A stretch of DNA of 64,000 nt, taken from assembly GCA_963575745.1 (NCBI GenBank), contig CAUYUJ010000170.1, forward strand, positions 124,001 to 188,000, in the 5' to 3' direction. A model generated the notes under the pieces. That model was not told the DNA's origin and made no database searches. It worked only from the letters and a program-made list of their open reading frames with translations. The first letter of the stretch is position 1, and each line of letters starts with the position of its first letter. A program made the position numbers and the translations under genes. Positions 12,541 through 25,073 of the stretch are shown in pieces. Source of the DNA: Prorocentrum cordatum (lineage: Eukaryota).

Positions 12541-13205
12541 CCTGAGTAAACCCAAGACGGATCGGCGATGCTGCCATAAGCCGTTCCTCCAAGTGCCCTC
12601 TTGACATGTCCCTGCAAGAACTCGTACTCGTTGCGGGCTGTGCCCCGAAGACAGCCGTCTGAGAATCCTCAATCGTGCCAGAGCGCCTTTCTTTGGACCT
12701 CAACGCCGCGAATCCTTTGCGTCCAGAGAATCCTCAACCGCACCAGGACACCACTGATAGGACTTCAGCGCCGCGAATCAACGTGACTGCTGCGTCCTGA
12801 CAGTCCTGAAGTGTGCCAGAACACCGTTCCTGGGACTTCGACGATGCGAGCCCCTGAAACGGTTGCAAACTGTTAAAATGGATGTGCGCAGCGGTAATGC
12901 CATAGTCACATGCTGAAAAGAAGCCGACCTCCATTCCTGAAACTGCTGCAAACTTTCGAGGTGAATATACGCGGCGTTAGGGCGATTGAAAGCGTGCCGC
13001 CTTCCGTTATTGGAAGTGCTGCAAACTGTTAAGTGCGCGGCGCTAAAGCGAGAACCACAATTTGAAAACCAGCCGACCTTCATCCTTGAGACTGCTGCGA
13101 CTTCATGCTTCAGGATCGCACATGGTGAAGTCTCAGTCGAAACGCCCGGCCCACCCTACTGACACACCTGGGGGTGCGACAGGGAGGAGTTAGAACAAAG
13201 GAATT
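12541..13205 (-). mobile_element. Family A copy
   Basis: Reverse-complement head at about 13140-13200; tail abuts (GGA)n at about 12540. Confidence 0.7.
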
Positions 13206-13589
13206 GGGATGGAGATGGAACAAGAGGACGAAAACGAAAGCGGGAGGACAGGGAACAGGGGGAGGAGAGAGGAGGAGGAAGGGGAGGAGGAGAACGAAGA
13301 GGCGGAAGAGGACGACGATGAATTAACACACACGAATAACAAGTATAGATGCACAAAAGATGTTACCAGCTCGCTTCGATTCGCCTGTAATATCTTGATC
13401 GCATGGGGCCAGCGAAGCGCGCTGCGACCGGTAGTCGCCAGCACCGTGGCGTGTTCCGGCAATGGGGCCCACGGGGCACGCAAGGCTGACAGGACCCTTG
13501 GGCTCCTCTAGGCCCGAGGTCCGAAAGGCTTTCCACCGCCATTGGGGCCCAAAAGCTCAGAGCGCGCATGTGGAAGGGGGGTACTTCGG

Positions 13590-14430
13590 GCAGCGCGGCC
13601 TCTGGGGATCATGAGGTTCCGAGAGCCCGCAGCCGCAGTTGAACTCCGAGGGTTCCTCGGGCTGATGAGCCCAGTGGGCGTGGAGGCTCGTAGGGTCCTG
13701 GGCCTCACAGAGGCCACTGGCTCTTGGGCCCCATAGTGGGTCGGCCCGTAGCTTCTGAGAGGCTCCTGGACCTCAACAGGGTAAGTCTAGCAATTCTGCC
13801 CAGGAGGCTCATAGCATTCAGAGCGGGTCGTCGGGGCCATGAGGCTCACAGGGCCGACGGGGCTCCTATGGCTCACAGGGCTCCGAGGCTCGTGGGAGCC
13901 GCACGGGCCGTGGGACCCATGAGGCCGATAGGGCGCATGGGGCTCGCAGGCCGCAGGAGGGCTAGATGAGGCCTAGAAGCGACATGGGGCCCATAGGGCT
14001 TGCCGGGCCCGCAGGGCTCAGAGGGAGGGCTCGTCGGGCTCCTAGGGCTCACAGGGCCCACAGAACCCATAGGGCTTACTGGGCCCATAGAGCTCGCATG
14101 GCTCGCAGGGCTCACGAGGCTTCTATCCATCGTAGGCTCACAGGCGACACTGGTCCCATAGGGATTATAGGGCACAAAGGGCTGGTAGGCCCCTGCGGCT
14201 CGCACGGTCCATGGGGCTCATACGGCTCATAGGGCTCGTGAGCGTACGTGTTGCAGCGGGCTCGTAGGGGTCACAGGGCGGACAAGGGCAGATGGGGCTG
14301 TGAGGGCTCGCAGCGCTGACGGGGTCGTAAGGCTCGCAAGGCTTGCAGGGCTGGCACGGTGGTCGGGCTCCTAGGCGTCGCAGGGCTCGGGAGCTCATTG
14401 GGCTCGCGGGCCCGTGAAGCTCCTCTTCAA
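13590..14430. repeat. Degenerate short-unit GGGCTC/GGCCCATAG minisatellite
   Basis: Dense recurrence of GGGCTC and GGGCCCAT motifs at roughly 9-20 bp spacing. Confidence 0.7.
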
Positions 14431-14479
14431 CCGCGTCATGACGTCCACTGCCTTGTCGTGCCTGTCGTGCAACTGGTGA

Positions 14480-15300
14480 GTGGATGGACCTCCGAGGGCT
14501 CTGGGGAGAGGCTTCTCGGGGGCCCCCTGGGGGGGGCGCACGGGGCCCGAAGGGCCCACGGCGCCCTCGGAGCCCGTCCCGCGGGGCCATGCGTGCGGGC
14601 GGCCTCGCGGCCTCTTTGGGCCGCCTCGGGGCCTCCTTGACAGCTGGCTGCGCCGCTCGCACTATGTGAGAGCGCGGGATCGCGCGCTCAGGGCTTGGGA
14701 GCGTCTTGCTGATTAGGCTTTGGCACGTGATTGAAAACGGCTACCACGCAACCTCCCACAAACTGATGAAGGTGGCCTCTCAAGGCCTTCGTGGGGATCC
14801 TTTTGGGGCTCTTTTGGGCCGTCTGGCGGCCTTCCTGGGCTGTCCTGGGACCCGCCGTCTAGGAGGCGTTTGGACCGGCTTGGGGTCCTTTTGGGGAAAT
14901 GTGTGCGCCGTCCTGTGACGATCTGTGGGGTCTCTCAAGCCGTCTTGGACGCCATGGAAACCAAAGAAGCGAATATGTTGAACCTGCACGTTTCTCTAAG
15001 GGAGTGGTGCGATGTGTGCGTCTTGGGGGTCCCCCTGGGGGCCTCTCGAGACGTCTCGGGGGCCTCTTGGGGGCCTCCTGGGCCGTCTTGCCGCCACCTC
15101 AGGTCCTCCCTCTCTGAGCGCTCGTGGGCCGTGCTGGAGCGGCCTCGGGCCGCGTCGGGGCTCCGCGGGGCCGTCCGGGAAGCGATCCGGGGCCCGCCGA
15201 GGCGGAGAAAGGACGGCCCGGAGGGCAGCCGCGTGGGTCGGAGCGCCCAGGGCCGAGCTTATGTTCGGGGGGTCCTGCCAAAAATATTCGGTGAGGGATA
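14480..15300. repeat. Degenerate GGGCCTCTTGG repeat family, related to 53480-54830
   Basis: Same GGGGCCTC(T/C)TGG and GGGCCGTCTTGG building blocks. Confidence 0.6.
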
Positions 15301-15319
15301 AAGGGTGTATGTACATAGA

Positions 15320-16170
15320 AGTACATGCATAAACCAGTTGTAAGCATGCATGCGTGCATGCATGGATGTGTGCACGGGTGGCTGTACGTGTGTATGATGC
15401 TTGTATGTTTGTATGTGTGCCTGTATGTTTGTATGGTTGTTTGTTTGTATGGTTGTATGTGTGTATGTTGGTTTGGTTGTTTGTTTGTTTGTCTACCCGT
15501 GTGTGTTTGTTTGTATGTGTGTAAGTATGCGTGCATGCATACATGCATGCATGCATGTATGCATGCATGTATGTGTGTATGTATGTATGTATTGTTGTAT
15601 GTATGTGTGCATGCATGTATGCATGTGTGCATGTATGCATGTATGCATGCATGCATGTATGCGTGTATGCATGTATGCATGTGTGCATGTGTGCATGTGT
15701 GCATGTGTGCATGTGTGCATGTATGCGTGTATGTATGTATGTATGTACGTATGTATGTATGGATGGATGTATGGATGTATGGGTGTGTGTATGTGTGTAT
15801 GTATGTATGGATGTATGTATGTATGTGTGTATGTATGTGTGTTTGTATGTTTGTTTGTATGTATGTAGGCTGGTATGCATGCATGGATGGATGTATGTAT
15901 GCGTGTATGTATGTATGAATGCATGCGTGTATGTATGTATGGATGTATGTATGTGTATGTATGTATGCATGTATACATATATGTGTGTATGTTGGTATGC
16001 ATGCACGGATGTATGTATGCATGTATGTATGCATACATGTTTGGTTGTATCTGTGTGTAGGTATGTATGTGAAGATGCATGTGTTCGTGCATGTATGTAC
16101 ATGCATGCATGAACCTGCGTACGTATTTATATATGTGTTTATGTATTTCTGTTTGTTTGAGCAGATGTAA
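15320..16170. repeat. Compound (ATGT)n/(ATGC)n/(GT)n microsatellite
   Basis: Read directly from the sequence. Confidence 0.95.
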
Positions 16171-16339
16171 ACACTTATACAGATCTAATACGAGCAGGGC
16201 TGGATATTGGCGTGCCCTGGGGGGGAAGGGTCAGCGGCGCCGCATGCCTCGGCCCTGTCGCGCGCCGCTCGTGCCCGCACAGCGCCCTGATGGCTCACCT
16301 GGAGTCGAAGATGCGACTGTTGCTGCCGTCGGGCTCGAC

Positions 16340-17230
16340 CCGAGGAGGACGAGGAGGAGGAGGACGAGGAGGGAGGAGGAGTGGTGGAGTAGGCGGCTGT
16401 GGACGAGGGGGGGAGGACGAGGAGAAGATGGAGGAGGAGGACAGACGAGCAGGAGAAGGATGAGGAGGAGGAGGAAGAGGAGAAGGATTCTGAAAAAGAA
16501 GAAACAACATAAGAGTGGAGGAGGAGGCGGATGTGGACGAGGGGAAGAGGACGAGGAATAGGAGGAGGAGGAAGAGGAGGAGGACGAGGAGGAGGAGGAG
16601 GGAAGACGAGCAGGAGGATAACGAGGAACAGGAGAGGGAGGAGGAGGCATAGGAGGAGAGGGAGGAGGAGGATGATTAGGAGGAGGATGAGGAATACTAA
16701 TAATAATAGTAATAATAGCGGAAATATAAGAACAAAAAGAAGAATAGCAGTAGCAATAATCATATGAATACAACTAAGAACAAAAACAGAAGAGTGGAGG
16801 AGGAGGCGGATGTGGACGAGGGGGCGGAGAAAATAGGAGACGGAGGAGGAGGAGGAGGAGGAGGAGGGGGAGGAGGAGGGAAGACGAACATGAGGAAATT
16901 GAGGAGGAGGAGGCGGAAGAGGAGGAGCAGGAGGAGGAAGAAGAGAAATAGAGTAGAGGAGGAGGCGGATGCGGGAGAGGGGGGGGGGACAAGGAGAAGA
17001 AGGAGGAGGCGGAGGAGGAGCTTCGAACACGTATCGAATTGGTTCTGCAATTTCCCATGCCTGGAAGCCAATTTCGCGCCCGGGGACTCTCAGAAACCGC
17101 GCGGTTCCTAAATGAGCGCCTGGTCAGGATGGATTGCGGGAGGGGTCCCGGAATCGATGTTGTTTGGGTCCTCGAAAGGGGTGAGGAGGAGGAGGAGTAA
17201 GAGAAAGAGGAGGAGGAATGGAATGCAATG
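16340..17230. repeat. Degenerate (GGA)n purine tract with a recurring GAGTGGAGGAGGAGGCGGATGTGGACGAG unit
   Basis: Read directly from the sequence. Confidence 0.9.
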
Positions 17231-18089
17231 GAACGGAGTGGCATGGACTTCGATGTAACTCCTGGAGACTTGTGCTACAACTAGGCTGCGCCGTGCCACT
17301 GCCAATTGCTGCTGCACAGCTGCCTGCTGAAAAGTCTCCGAGGTGAGACCCGCACGACCTCCACAATTGCGACATAGGCCGCCGCGCTTGACGGCAACAC
17401 TGGCCACGGGCCAGCAAACCCATTGGCGGGCACGCAGCCCACTCTTAGGGGGTTGGCTCTTGGGCGCAGGTCTCGTCGTTTCCTCCCCCCCTCCCACGAA
17501 CGCGCCGCCTCCCCTCCCCCTCCCCCTCCCATGACCCCCGAATCCCCCCCCCTGTTACTGCTGGAGCCTCTCGAGGGAGGCGGCAAGACAATTTCAGGGG
17601 TGGCAGGGGGCTGAGAATGTGTATACACATTGGCCTTGTTGCGCATGCTACTCAGCACATCAGCCCTCACTGTGCTACGACTGACGCGTTCCTGAATCCC
17701 TCCGAACTGCCCAAAGAACGAATCGTGGCCTGCTGCAGGTCATCCAGGAAAAGCCCTCTCCAATGGGCCCCGCGGGGCCGCTCCCATCAGGAGGCACCCT
17801 CCCTCCATCTCGATCGGTCTCTCCACTAGGTCGGCCATGCGGGGGGGGGGGGGGGGCAACTCGGCACTTCGGCGGCACTTGTGCATCACGAGCGCCTTCG
17901 GCGGCTGGCCCTCCATCTTTTTGATTTACCCCCAAAAAAGATAACCCTTTGGGAGGGGACCTGAGCTAGGAGGATAAGACACATGAGGGATAAGGGAGGT
18001 CTGTTCTGAAGATGCATCAGGCCAAACCGCCCAGATGTATGATCCCTAATGTGAAGACGGGGACCTCAATGCGGCCACGTCTTGTTATT

Positions 18090-18570
18090 AGGTTTAGGGG
18101 TCCTTTCGTTCTCGATGAATCATCTGCACGCTCTTGATCCGAAAGATACCAAAGGCGCGGTACAGGACCTGCCTCCCCACGTTCTTTGAGTCTGTCCTCG
18201 TAGCAGTGATGGAGCTCATCGATCCATTTCTTGTTCTCCTGCTCCCCCCCGTGGTCCCGATGCCTCCGTGCGCCACTCCAAATACTGCACCGCTGCCATC
18301 GGCACCATGCGATGAGGGGGCCCTCAGTCCTTGAGCAGCTTCTTGGCCTCCTCGTCGCCCCATTATGCTTTCTCGCTGAAGACTTGGGAGGTGTCGTTGA
18401 TTAGCCTTTTTCCCGCCGTCGTGCATGCCACTGCGTGCCCGCCATCGGCGGGAACATCCTTTTGTTTCCAAGACGCTGGCCAACATCTCCGCCGTCTCCC
18501 CGCAGCTGCTGAGCAGAGAGGCGGGCGACGACGCTCTGCAGTCCTCTGGGCTGCCGCTGCCCCTGCTTGG
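18090..18570 (-). pseudogene. Decayed coding relic, possibly LINE ORF1-like or a dinoflagellate-specific family
   Basis: Across frames: VARLSAQQLR / LASVLET / DEEAKKLLKD*GPPHRMVPMAAVQYLE / KWIDELHHCYEDRL / AFGIFRIK, with a stop and frameshifts. The family assignment is from my recollection of a GPPH-containing dinoflagellate family. Confidence 0.35.
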
Positions 18571-18926
18571 GCGAGCGCGTTCCACTACTCGCAAAGTAGC
18601 CGCTCGCACGAGCTTGTTTTTTTATTGGGGGGGGGGTAGCGCCCGTTACGGGGGGGGGGTCCGGCCCCAAGTTGGGGGTAACGGTAACGCGCGGCGGGGC
18701 TCTCGCACGGGCCCTGGTACTTATTACCAGCACAACTGTCGGCACGGTAGGCTTCGTCGTCGTCGTCGTCGCCGCTGTCGTCGTCGAAGCCTGGATCTGC
18801 CTCGCCTCCTCCCCCGCGCGCGCCAACTCTGAGCAGGGGAGGGCCGGAGGCCCGGCACGGCGTGCCGCTGCCGAGCCTCTCTCGGCCCCCCCCCCCCCGG
18901 CACGGCAGCTCCCGAGACCCAGACGA

Positions 18927-19572
18927 AGCTTAGGCTCAGGTCGGGCTCGTCCTCCTACAGGGGGATGTTCGACGAAAAATAAGAAATGCCCTAAAAATAA
19001 TCAAACACTAATCCCAAAATAGTCCAGGCACTATCTTTTTAATATTGTTTGACCTTTTGGGGGGCATGTTTGGGGTACTTTCATTTTTCGTCGAAAATCC
19101 CCCTGTAGGGGGACACGCCCGACATAAGCTTAGGTCGGGCATGTCCTCCTACAGGCGGACTTCCTGGGCGAAAATTGAAGGGTAGTCAAAACATAGTCAT
19201 CGCCAGAAATAAAAATAAAGATCGCCCCCAGACAATCCCACCAGCCCTCTGGGCGCAGGTGGTCTGGGGCGTTTCCTTTTCCAACCTCCTCCCGTTCCCT
19301 GCTCGGGAGGTTTACCTCCCCCCCCCTCCCTGCGTCTGGACGGGCTCCCCCGCGAGCGCGGGCGGGGAGGCCGAGGACCGAGGGGCAGGCCTCCGGCCAC
19401 GGCCGGCCAGCCGCTGAGGCCAGTCCGAGCCAGAGCGGCTTGAGCCAAGGCTTGAGCCAGGCTACGGAATGGTGGGGATACGCGAAGAGTCAAGAATCGC
19501 GAAGAGTCAAGAGTTGTTCAACCATGTTTGAGTGTTCCTCCTGTAGGGGGACGCACCCGACTCAAGCCTAAG
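18927..19572. mobile_element. Two tandem MITEs sharing GGTCGGGC...TCCTCCTACAGG TIRs, joined at TAAGCTTA
   Basis: Left and right TIRs at about 18938/19125 and 19131/19570; a third relative lies at about 48307-48425. Confidence 0.75.
19439..19468 (-). other. Tandem degenerate dinoflagellate spliced-leader relics
   Basis: Minus strand reads TCCGTAGCC-TGGCTCAAG-CC-TTGGCTCAAG, against DinoSL DCCGTAGCCATTTTGGCTCAAG. Confidence 0.75.
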
Positions 19573-20460
19573 CCACTCGGGGGCGTGCCCCGTGACGAAC
19601 AGAAACCTCCAGAGAGCGATCCCCGATCCAAGATCCTAGAGCCCTGAGCCGACGCCTTCCCCCCACCCAACGTTGCCCCTGCCCTGGCGCCCTCTCGAGG
19701 CACCGCGCGTGCGCGCGCCCCTTTGGCGCGCTGGAGGCCCAGCGCGCCGTCCCTCTGCCGACCTCGCTGTGAGCCACGGAGGTCCCCATGCCAGGACGAC
19801 GCTTCGGCGGCTCGGGGGCGTGCCACCACCAGCCCAGCTCGGCAACGCACTACAGTTGAAACGTATAGTAAGGACGCGTGGTAAGGACGCAAGACCCTTG
19901 GAGGCCGAAGTTGAAGTATTCTGGGCGGCAGGCGGCCAAACCCCCAGGGAACCTGAGAAACTGGCCTGCGAAAATTGCTAGGGACGGGCCGCAGAGGCTG
20001 AGGCAGGCAAGGAACCAAGTGTACCCTTGAAAAGGTCGTTTGTCCTTACTATGCGCGTTGACTGTAGATTAAAAGAAGGTGAACAGAAAGCGAGGCGGAA
20101 CCCGCTTCGAGAGCCATTGGCTCCACGCAGCCTGGATCGCGAGGTGGGGGCGGCAGTCGTGCTGCTGCCGAACTCTGGAGCCACGGAGGCGGCGCACGCA
20201 GACAAAAAACCGTGCGGTGACGGACCGCGTGGCGACCTCGGAACCCCCGACGACCTCACCGCGCGGTCCGTCACCAGACGGCCCGGGGGCCTCGCCCGAG
20301 ACGTCCTCGAAGGGCGGCCCGAATGCCAGAACCCTGCGGTGACCCCGGATCCCCACTGACTCGCCCGCGCGGCGTGGCCACCACGCCGCCCCGGGGGCCC
20401 CCGAGGCGTGCGCCCCCTGCCCTCTCGCGGCGGCAGGGGGCTCGAGCGCCGGGCGAGGTC

Positions 20461-20487
20461 CTCCCAGACCCGCAGGATGCGCATCAC
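20461..20487 (-). CDS. U2SURP: Internal micro-exon D (VMRILRVWE)
   Basis: 27 nt with acceptor gcgcgcag|GTG and GA donor GAG|gacctc; CID V...L..WE motif. Confidence 0.8.
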
Positions 20488-21539
20488 CTGCGCGCGGAGG
20501 CGGGCCGCCCCGTGCGCGCAGGGGCGGCGCGCGCGGGGCGCGCGCGCGGCAGCGCCCGCGTGCCAAGCCCGACGTGCGAAGAGCTCCGTGCACAGGAAGC
20601 CCAGATCCTCTCGCAGCGTGAGTGCTCCGGATCGCTTCATTGTCGCCCCCCCCCCCCTGGAGTGCCAGGGCCTCCTCCTCCTCCTCCTCCTCCTCCTCCT
20701 CAAGTTCCTCCTCCTCCTCCTCCCTCCCGCCCGCCCGCCCGCCCGCCGGCCCGCCCGCCCGCCCACGTTCACACGGGGGCCTGAACCTTGTCAGTTGGTA
20801 CAGGGCTTCTGCGTTTTCGTTTTGTTTTCGTTTTCTTTCGCTTTTGTCTCGAATCCGTCTTTACCGCAAAACGAAGTCGCGTTTCACGATGGTCACCCCC
20901 CAGTGGATTAAGAAGAGAAGCTCGGAGTAGAAACTGTCTTTGTCAGCAGCGCGCGCGGACGCTGACGCGTTCGAACCGCCGACGGGCCGCGCTGGGCTGC
21001 GCACGCACCAGGACAGCTGGAGAGGACGAGGGCGGCCGCAGCGGAGGGAACAGGGCGGGGGAGGCCTCGCAGAGCAGAGGGAGTCTGCGCTGCGAGGAGC
21101 TCGGATACAGCCTCGGGCACCAGGAGCCGGTGTGCTCGCAGGGTGTGCGGGGCAGCACGAAAACACAAAGCGGATATGTTACGGTGGGGGCACTTTTTTA
21201 TCCTATCACCCTGGGGCTTATCATGCACAGACAAATTCAGATGCCGTCTTACGGCCCCGCAAACAGCGCTTGCGCGAGCCCGCAGCCCGCCAGGACCAGA
21301 CCCCGAAGCGCGGCACCATCACACCGCGCTGAGGCCGACTTCAGGCCTGGGGTCCACCGACCTGGCCGCTCTGGCGGCCCTGCCTCGCTCCTGAGCTTCA
21401 GCAGCGCTGGCAAAGCCGAAGGAGCCCAGGGCTCCCTCGAGCCCTGGGCGAAACAGCCTCCCTGGGGCAGGCGGGGCGGGTGCCCGTTCCCGCCTTACTG
21501 GGGGCTCCACGCTCGCAAAGAGAAAGCGGTGTCCGCCGC

Positions 21540-23502
21540 CTACTGCTGGAGCTGCGCCTCGCGCCTCCGCTGCCGCTCCTGCCTGGCCCACGCCCTCCAC
21601 GGGGAGCCAGGCCCGAACGTGTCACGGAGCCAGAGGCGCCCAGCTTCTAGCTCGGAGGCTGAGGGAGCTGGAGGAGCGTCGTCGCCGCCGTCGCTCTGCC
21701 AGCCCGGCCTCCGAATGTCACGGTCGACCGTGAGGGCCACTGTTCCCTCGAAGACGCGGCGGCGCAGCGCCAAGAGCCGCTTGGGCCCACGCGCGGGCTC
21801 CTGGCGCGCCACCGTCTCCGAGCCGTGGAGCGTACAGCCGCCACCGACGCCGCCCTCGCCGTCCTCCACATCGATCCCCCCGCCGCCAGAGCAGGAACAG
21901 GAACCCGAGGGAGGCGAAGTGAGGAGGGCGTCGTCGTCGTCCAGGCTCCTGCCGCCGCTGCGCTGGGGCCCAGCCACCTCCACGCCGTCGTCCGTGCCGA
22001 AGTGCGGGGAGAGGTCGAAGCCGCCGTGCGCCACGGTATCCGAGGCCAGAGCACTGTTTCCGTCCTGGTTGCGGGAGCCGTCCACCTGCATGCTGAGCTC
22101 GCCGTCGATGTCGCCAGCGGCCATCTCGCAGCCACCGCTGAGGACGGCAGCCTCGTTGGCCAGCAAGTACGCCGTGACGATCGAGGGGTCCACGAAAGCA
22201 GCAGGAGAGGAGGTGCAGGCAGTGCTGCACGCCGCACCAGGATCAGGGAGGCGATGAGGATGACCAGCACCACCTTCAGAAAGCCGAGGGGCAGGGTGCT
22301 CGCCGAAGCCGCCGCTGCTCTCAGGCCTGTGCTTGTCGAGCCCCATGGGCGCCGCCGCCACGGGAGCCTTCTGCGCCTCCTTGCTGTCGAAGTGGGTGCC
22401 GTGCGAGGCGCCGCCGACGCCGACTACGTCGCTGTCCTCGACGCTCCACTTCCACCAGCGCGGGCCCGAGGCCAAGGGCAGCGGCCTCGCCTCGGGAGCC
22501 CGCCTCGCGCGCTCGGCCAGCGCGAAGATGGCGCCAGGCGGCGCGCTGCGCCCGCGGTAGGCCCGAGCGACCGTCCAATCGCTCGGGGCCGCCTCGCAGG
22601 CGGCACGCGCCTCTGGCTGGCGGCGCGGCGGGGCAGGAGCGCCGCCTCGGAGAGGGGGGGCGACGCTCCTCCGACCGCTGCCGCACATGGGGGGCTGCAC
22701 CGGCAGAGCGAGGTAGAGGAAGAGCAGCCCGTGCGCGAACACCAGCGCCGCGGACGCGACCGTGCCGAGCTTGCCCTCCGAGGTGTACCCGCCCCGCCTT
22801 CGCAGACCTCTGCAGGCGATTGAGGGAGGACTGCCGCATCACCGAAATGCTAGCGGCCCTCCTTGCTGCGCAGTGGAGCCCAGCGTTGCGCCGAGAACGG
22901 TGCAGCGGACCCACACCAGCCACCGCACGGCTGCCGCTGCCCCACCGTTCGCCTGCCAGAGCCTGGGTAGGCTCGCCCGCGGCCGTGCCAGCACCGTCGC
23001 CTGCACCCTGTAGCACGCCGCTGAGGGGCATGCTCTGGGCGCCGTCGACTCGGTGAGCGCTGGCGGCCGCTGCTGCCCGCCCGCTCCCCTGCTCTCCTTC
23101 GCCCGCTCCCGCAAGCCGCAAGGGCCCAGGAGGCGGCCGAGGGGCCGAAGAGGTGTCGGCTGCCGCACGCTGCGGGACTGCCAGCACCTCCAGGAGGACG
23201 GGGACCGCCAACGCCAGCCTCTCGGAGACCTCGCGGTGGAGCGCCTCGCTGGGAAGCTGGGCTGAGCCTTGGGCCGCCAGCGCCAGCGCCTGGGCCGCCG
23301 CCGCCTCGTGGGCGACCCGCAGAGCCGCGAGTTCCGCCTCGAGGACTGCGACGCGCCCCAGCGCCGCCCGCAGCTTGCCCTGGTCGGCCTCACGCGCCGC
23401 GGCCCGTCGGGCACGTCGCGCAGGCCAGAGCGAAGCCGCAGCCCCGCCGTGCTGAGGCGGCTCAGCTGCCGTACAGGCAGCTCGGCCGCCGCCCGCAGCC
23501 AT
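21540..23502 (-). pseudogene. Intronless SL-capped retrogene/pseudogene, hypothetical protein of about 650 aa with one apparent frameshift near 22790
   Basis: The ATG lies 66 nt downstream of an exact DinoSL. The ORF starting at 23502 has a coiled-coil-like LRAALGRVAVLEAELAALR and RRNAGLH, and continues in the 22742-21540 frame through a hydrophobic segment (ALVFAHGLLFLYLALP). No introns are apparent. Confidence 0.55.
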
Positions 23503-23568
23503 CCCCCAAGCAGTCGATCTCTGCGGCCACCCGCGGGGCCCAAAACGAGAGCGCGCAAATGGGATCGG

Positions 23569-23590
23569 CTTGAGCCAAAATGGCTACGGA
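23569..23590 (-). other. Exact 22-nt dinoflagellate spliced leader (DinoSL) relic
   Basis: Minus strand TCCGTAGCCATTTTGGCTCAAG is a 22/22 match to the consensus. It is followed by CC rather than the GT of an SL-RNA intron. Confidence 0.95.
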
Positions 23591-25002
23591 CGGTGGGGGC
23601 ATTGGATAAGGAACCCTTGGATAAGGAATCCAGGGTCTGGAGTCCGGTGGAACTCCAATCGAAGCTTGGCCATGGGTATCACCGCCGCCCTCACCAGATA
23701 AGGAATCTTCCATCGCCTGCGGCCTCCTGGACGCATTCCTGAACCAACATTTTCGGCCTCTGGGGGGTCTCACTGGACCCCGGAACGGCCACAGGAAAGG
23801 GTCCCTGGCTTCCGAGCTGGCGGGGGGGGCTGAGGCAGGACCCCTCCACCATCGAATCGGGGAGTCGGATCACATCGAAACCTGCGTCGGATGGAGCCGC
23901 ATCGGCGCGGGGGCGGAACCGAATCCAATCGGATCGGCCGCGCAAGGATCCACACCGGCGCCATGCCGGCCAGAGCCGATATCGAATCGGATGGATCGGA
24001 TCGAAATGGACGGCCCAGCCCTGGTTCTGGCCAGCAGAGCATTGGAAGAGAGAGGCCCCCTCGTCGCCAAGGCTGGACGCGGCTCAAGAAACTGGTCAGC
24101 TTCGACAACGGGGAAGGCTGGGGACATCTTGTTAGCGAATTCGCCCTCATCCCCCCTGATTCAATCTAGGCCTATCAAGCTCGGAGCCCGGGCCGCCTCC
24201 CATCCTGGCTGTTTTTCGCAAGTTTCGCGCTCCCGGGGCTCTGCAGGGGCCCTCTGGGCCGTCGGAACACTGCTCAGGATGAGAAGGTGGTCCTGGGGAG
24301 AACGCTCGGCGACACGCAAGAGTGACCCTAGGCAAGAGTGACCTTTGGCGCGAGGCTTTCTAAAGGGGGGGCCGCGGGGGGGCCAAACCCAAGCGCGCAA
24401 GACGCGACTATCGCATTGGGCTCCGCGATCGAGGCACCCCGGTGGGCCCGCACCGAGGGTCTCTCCGGCGAAGGATCTCTCGCACGTGCAGTCGAAGAGG
24501 CACGAGGTCCAGGACCCGTCTCTAGCAAGGACCGCTTCCCCTCGTGCCGAGGTGTGCGCACTACTCGCGAGGGCCACGGGCCGTAAGACGCTTCTGGCGC
24601 GCGCTTCGCGCACGCTCTCTGGCCATCGCGGCCTCGCGCGCGGCGTCGGGGCGGAGCAAGTCGAGCAGACGGCACGGAGCTGCCGCGCGCGGCCGGGCCA
24701 TCAGACGCGGGACCGAGCGCACATACCACCCGGGCAGGGGGGGGGGGGGGAATTGAGACAGCGTCCGAAATCGGAGGCGGCAGTGCCGACGAACGACACC
24801 GACGGGGAGCGGAGAGCGTGCCTAGGCTGAGACCTGCCGAGCCGGGTGGCCAGGCGAGCCGCCCGCGGTGGAGGCGACGACGGAGGACGAAGAGGCGCCC
24901 ACGCAGCCCCACGGTGGGGAGGCCGAGTGGGAAGACCACCGGCAGCGATGTGCTGCAGGAGGGCCGCGAACCCGAACGAAGCTAGCGCTGAGAGCGATTC
25001 AG

Positions 25003-25042
25003 ACAAACACACACGCACACACATACAAACACACACACACAA

Positions 25043-25073
<31 letters not shown>

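Noticed and set aside
20788..22823. 489-aa and 332-aa plus-strand ORFs
   Set aside because: Antisense shadows of the GC-rich minus-strand retrogene.
23569..23590. SL RNA gene
   Set aside because: No GT donor or SL intron follows the 22-mer; it is followed by a UTR and an ORF, so it is a retroposed relic.
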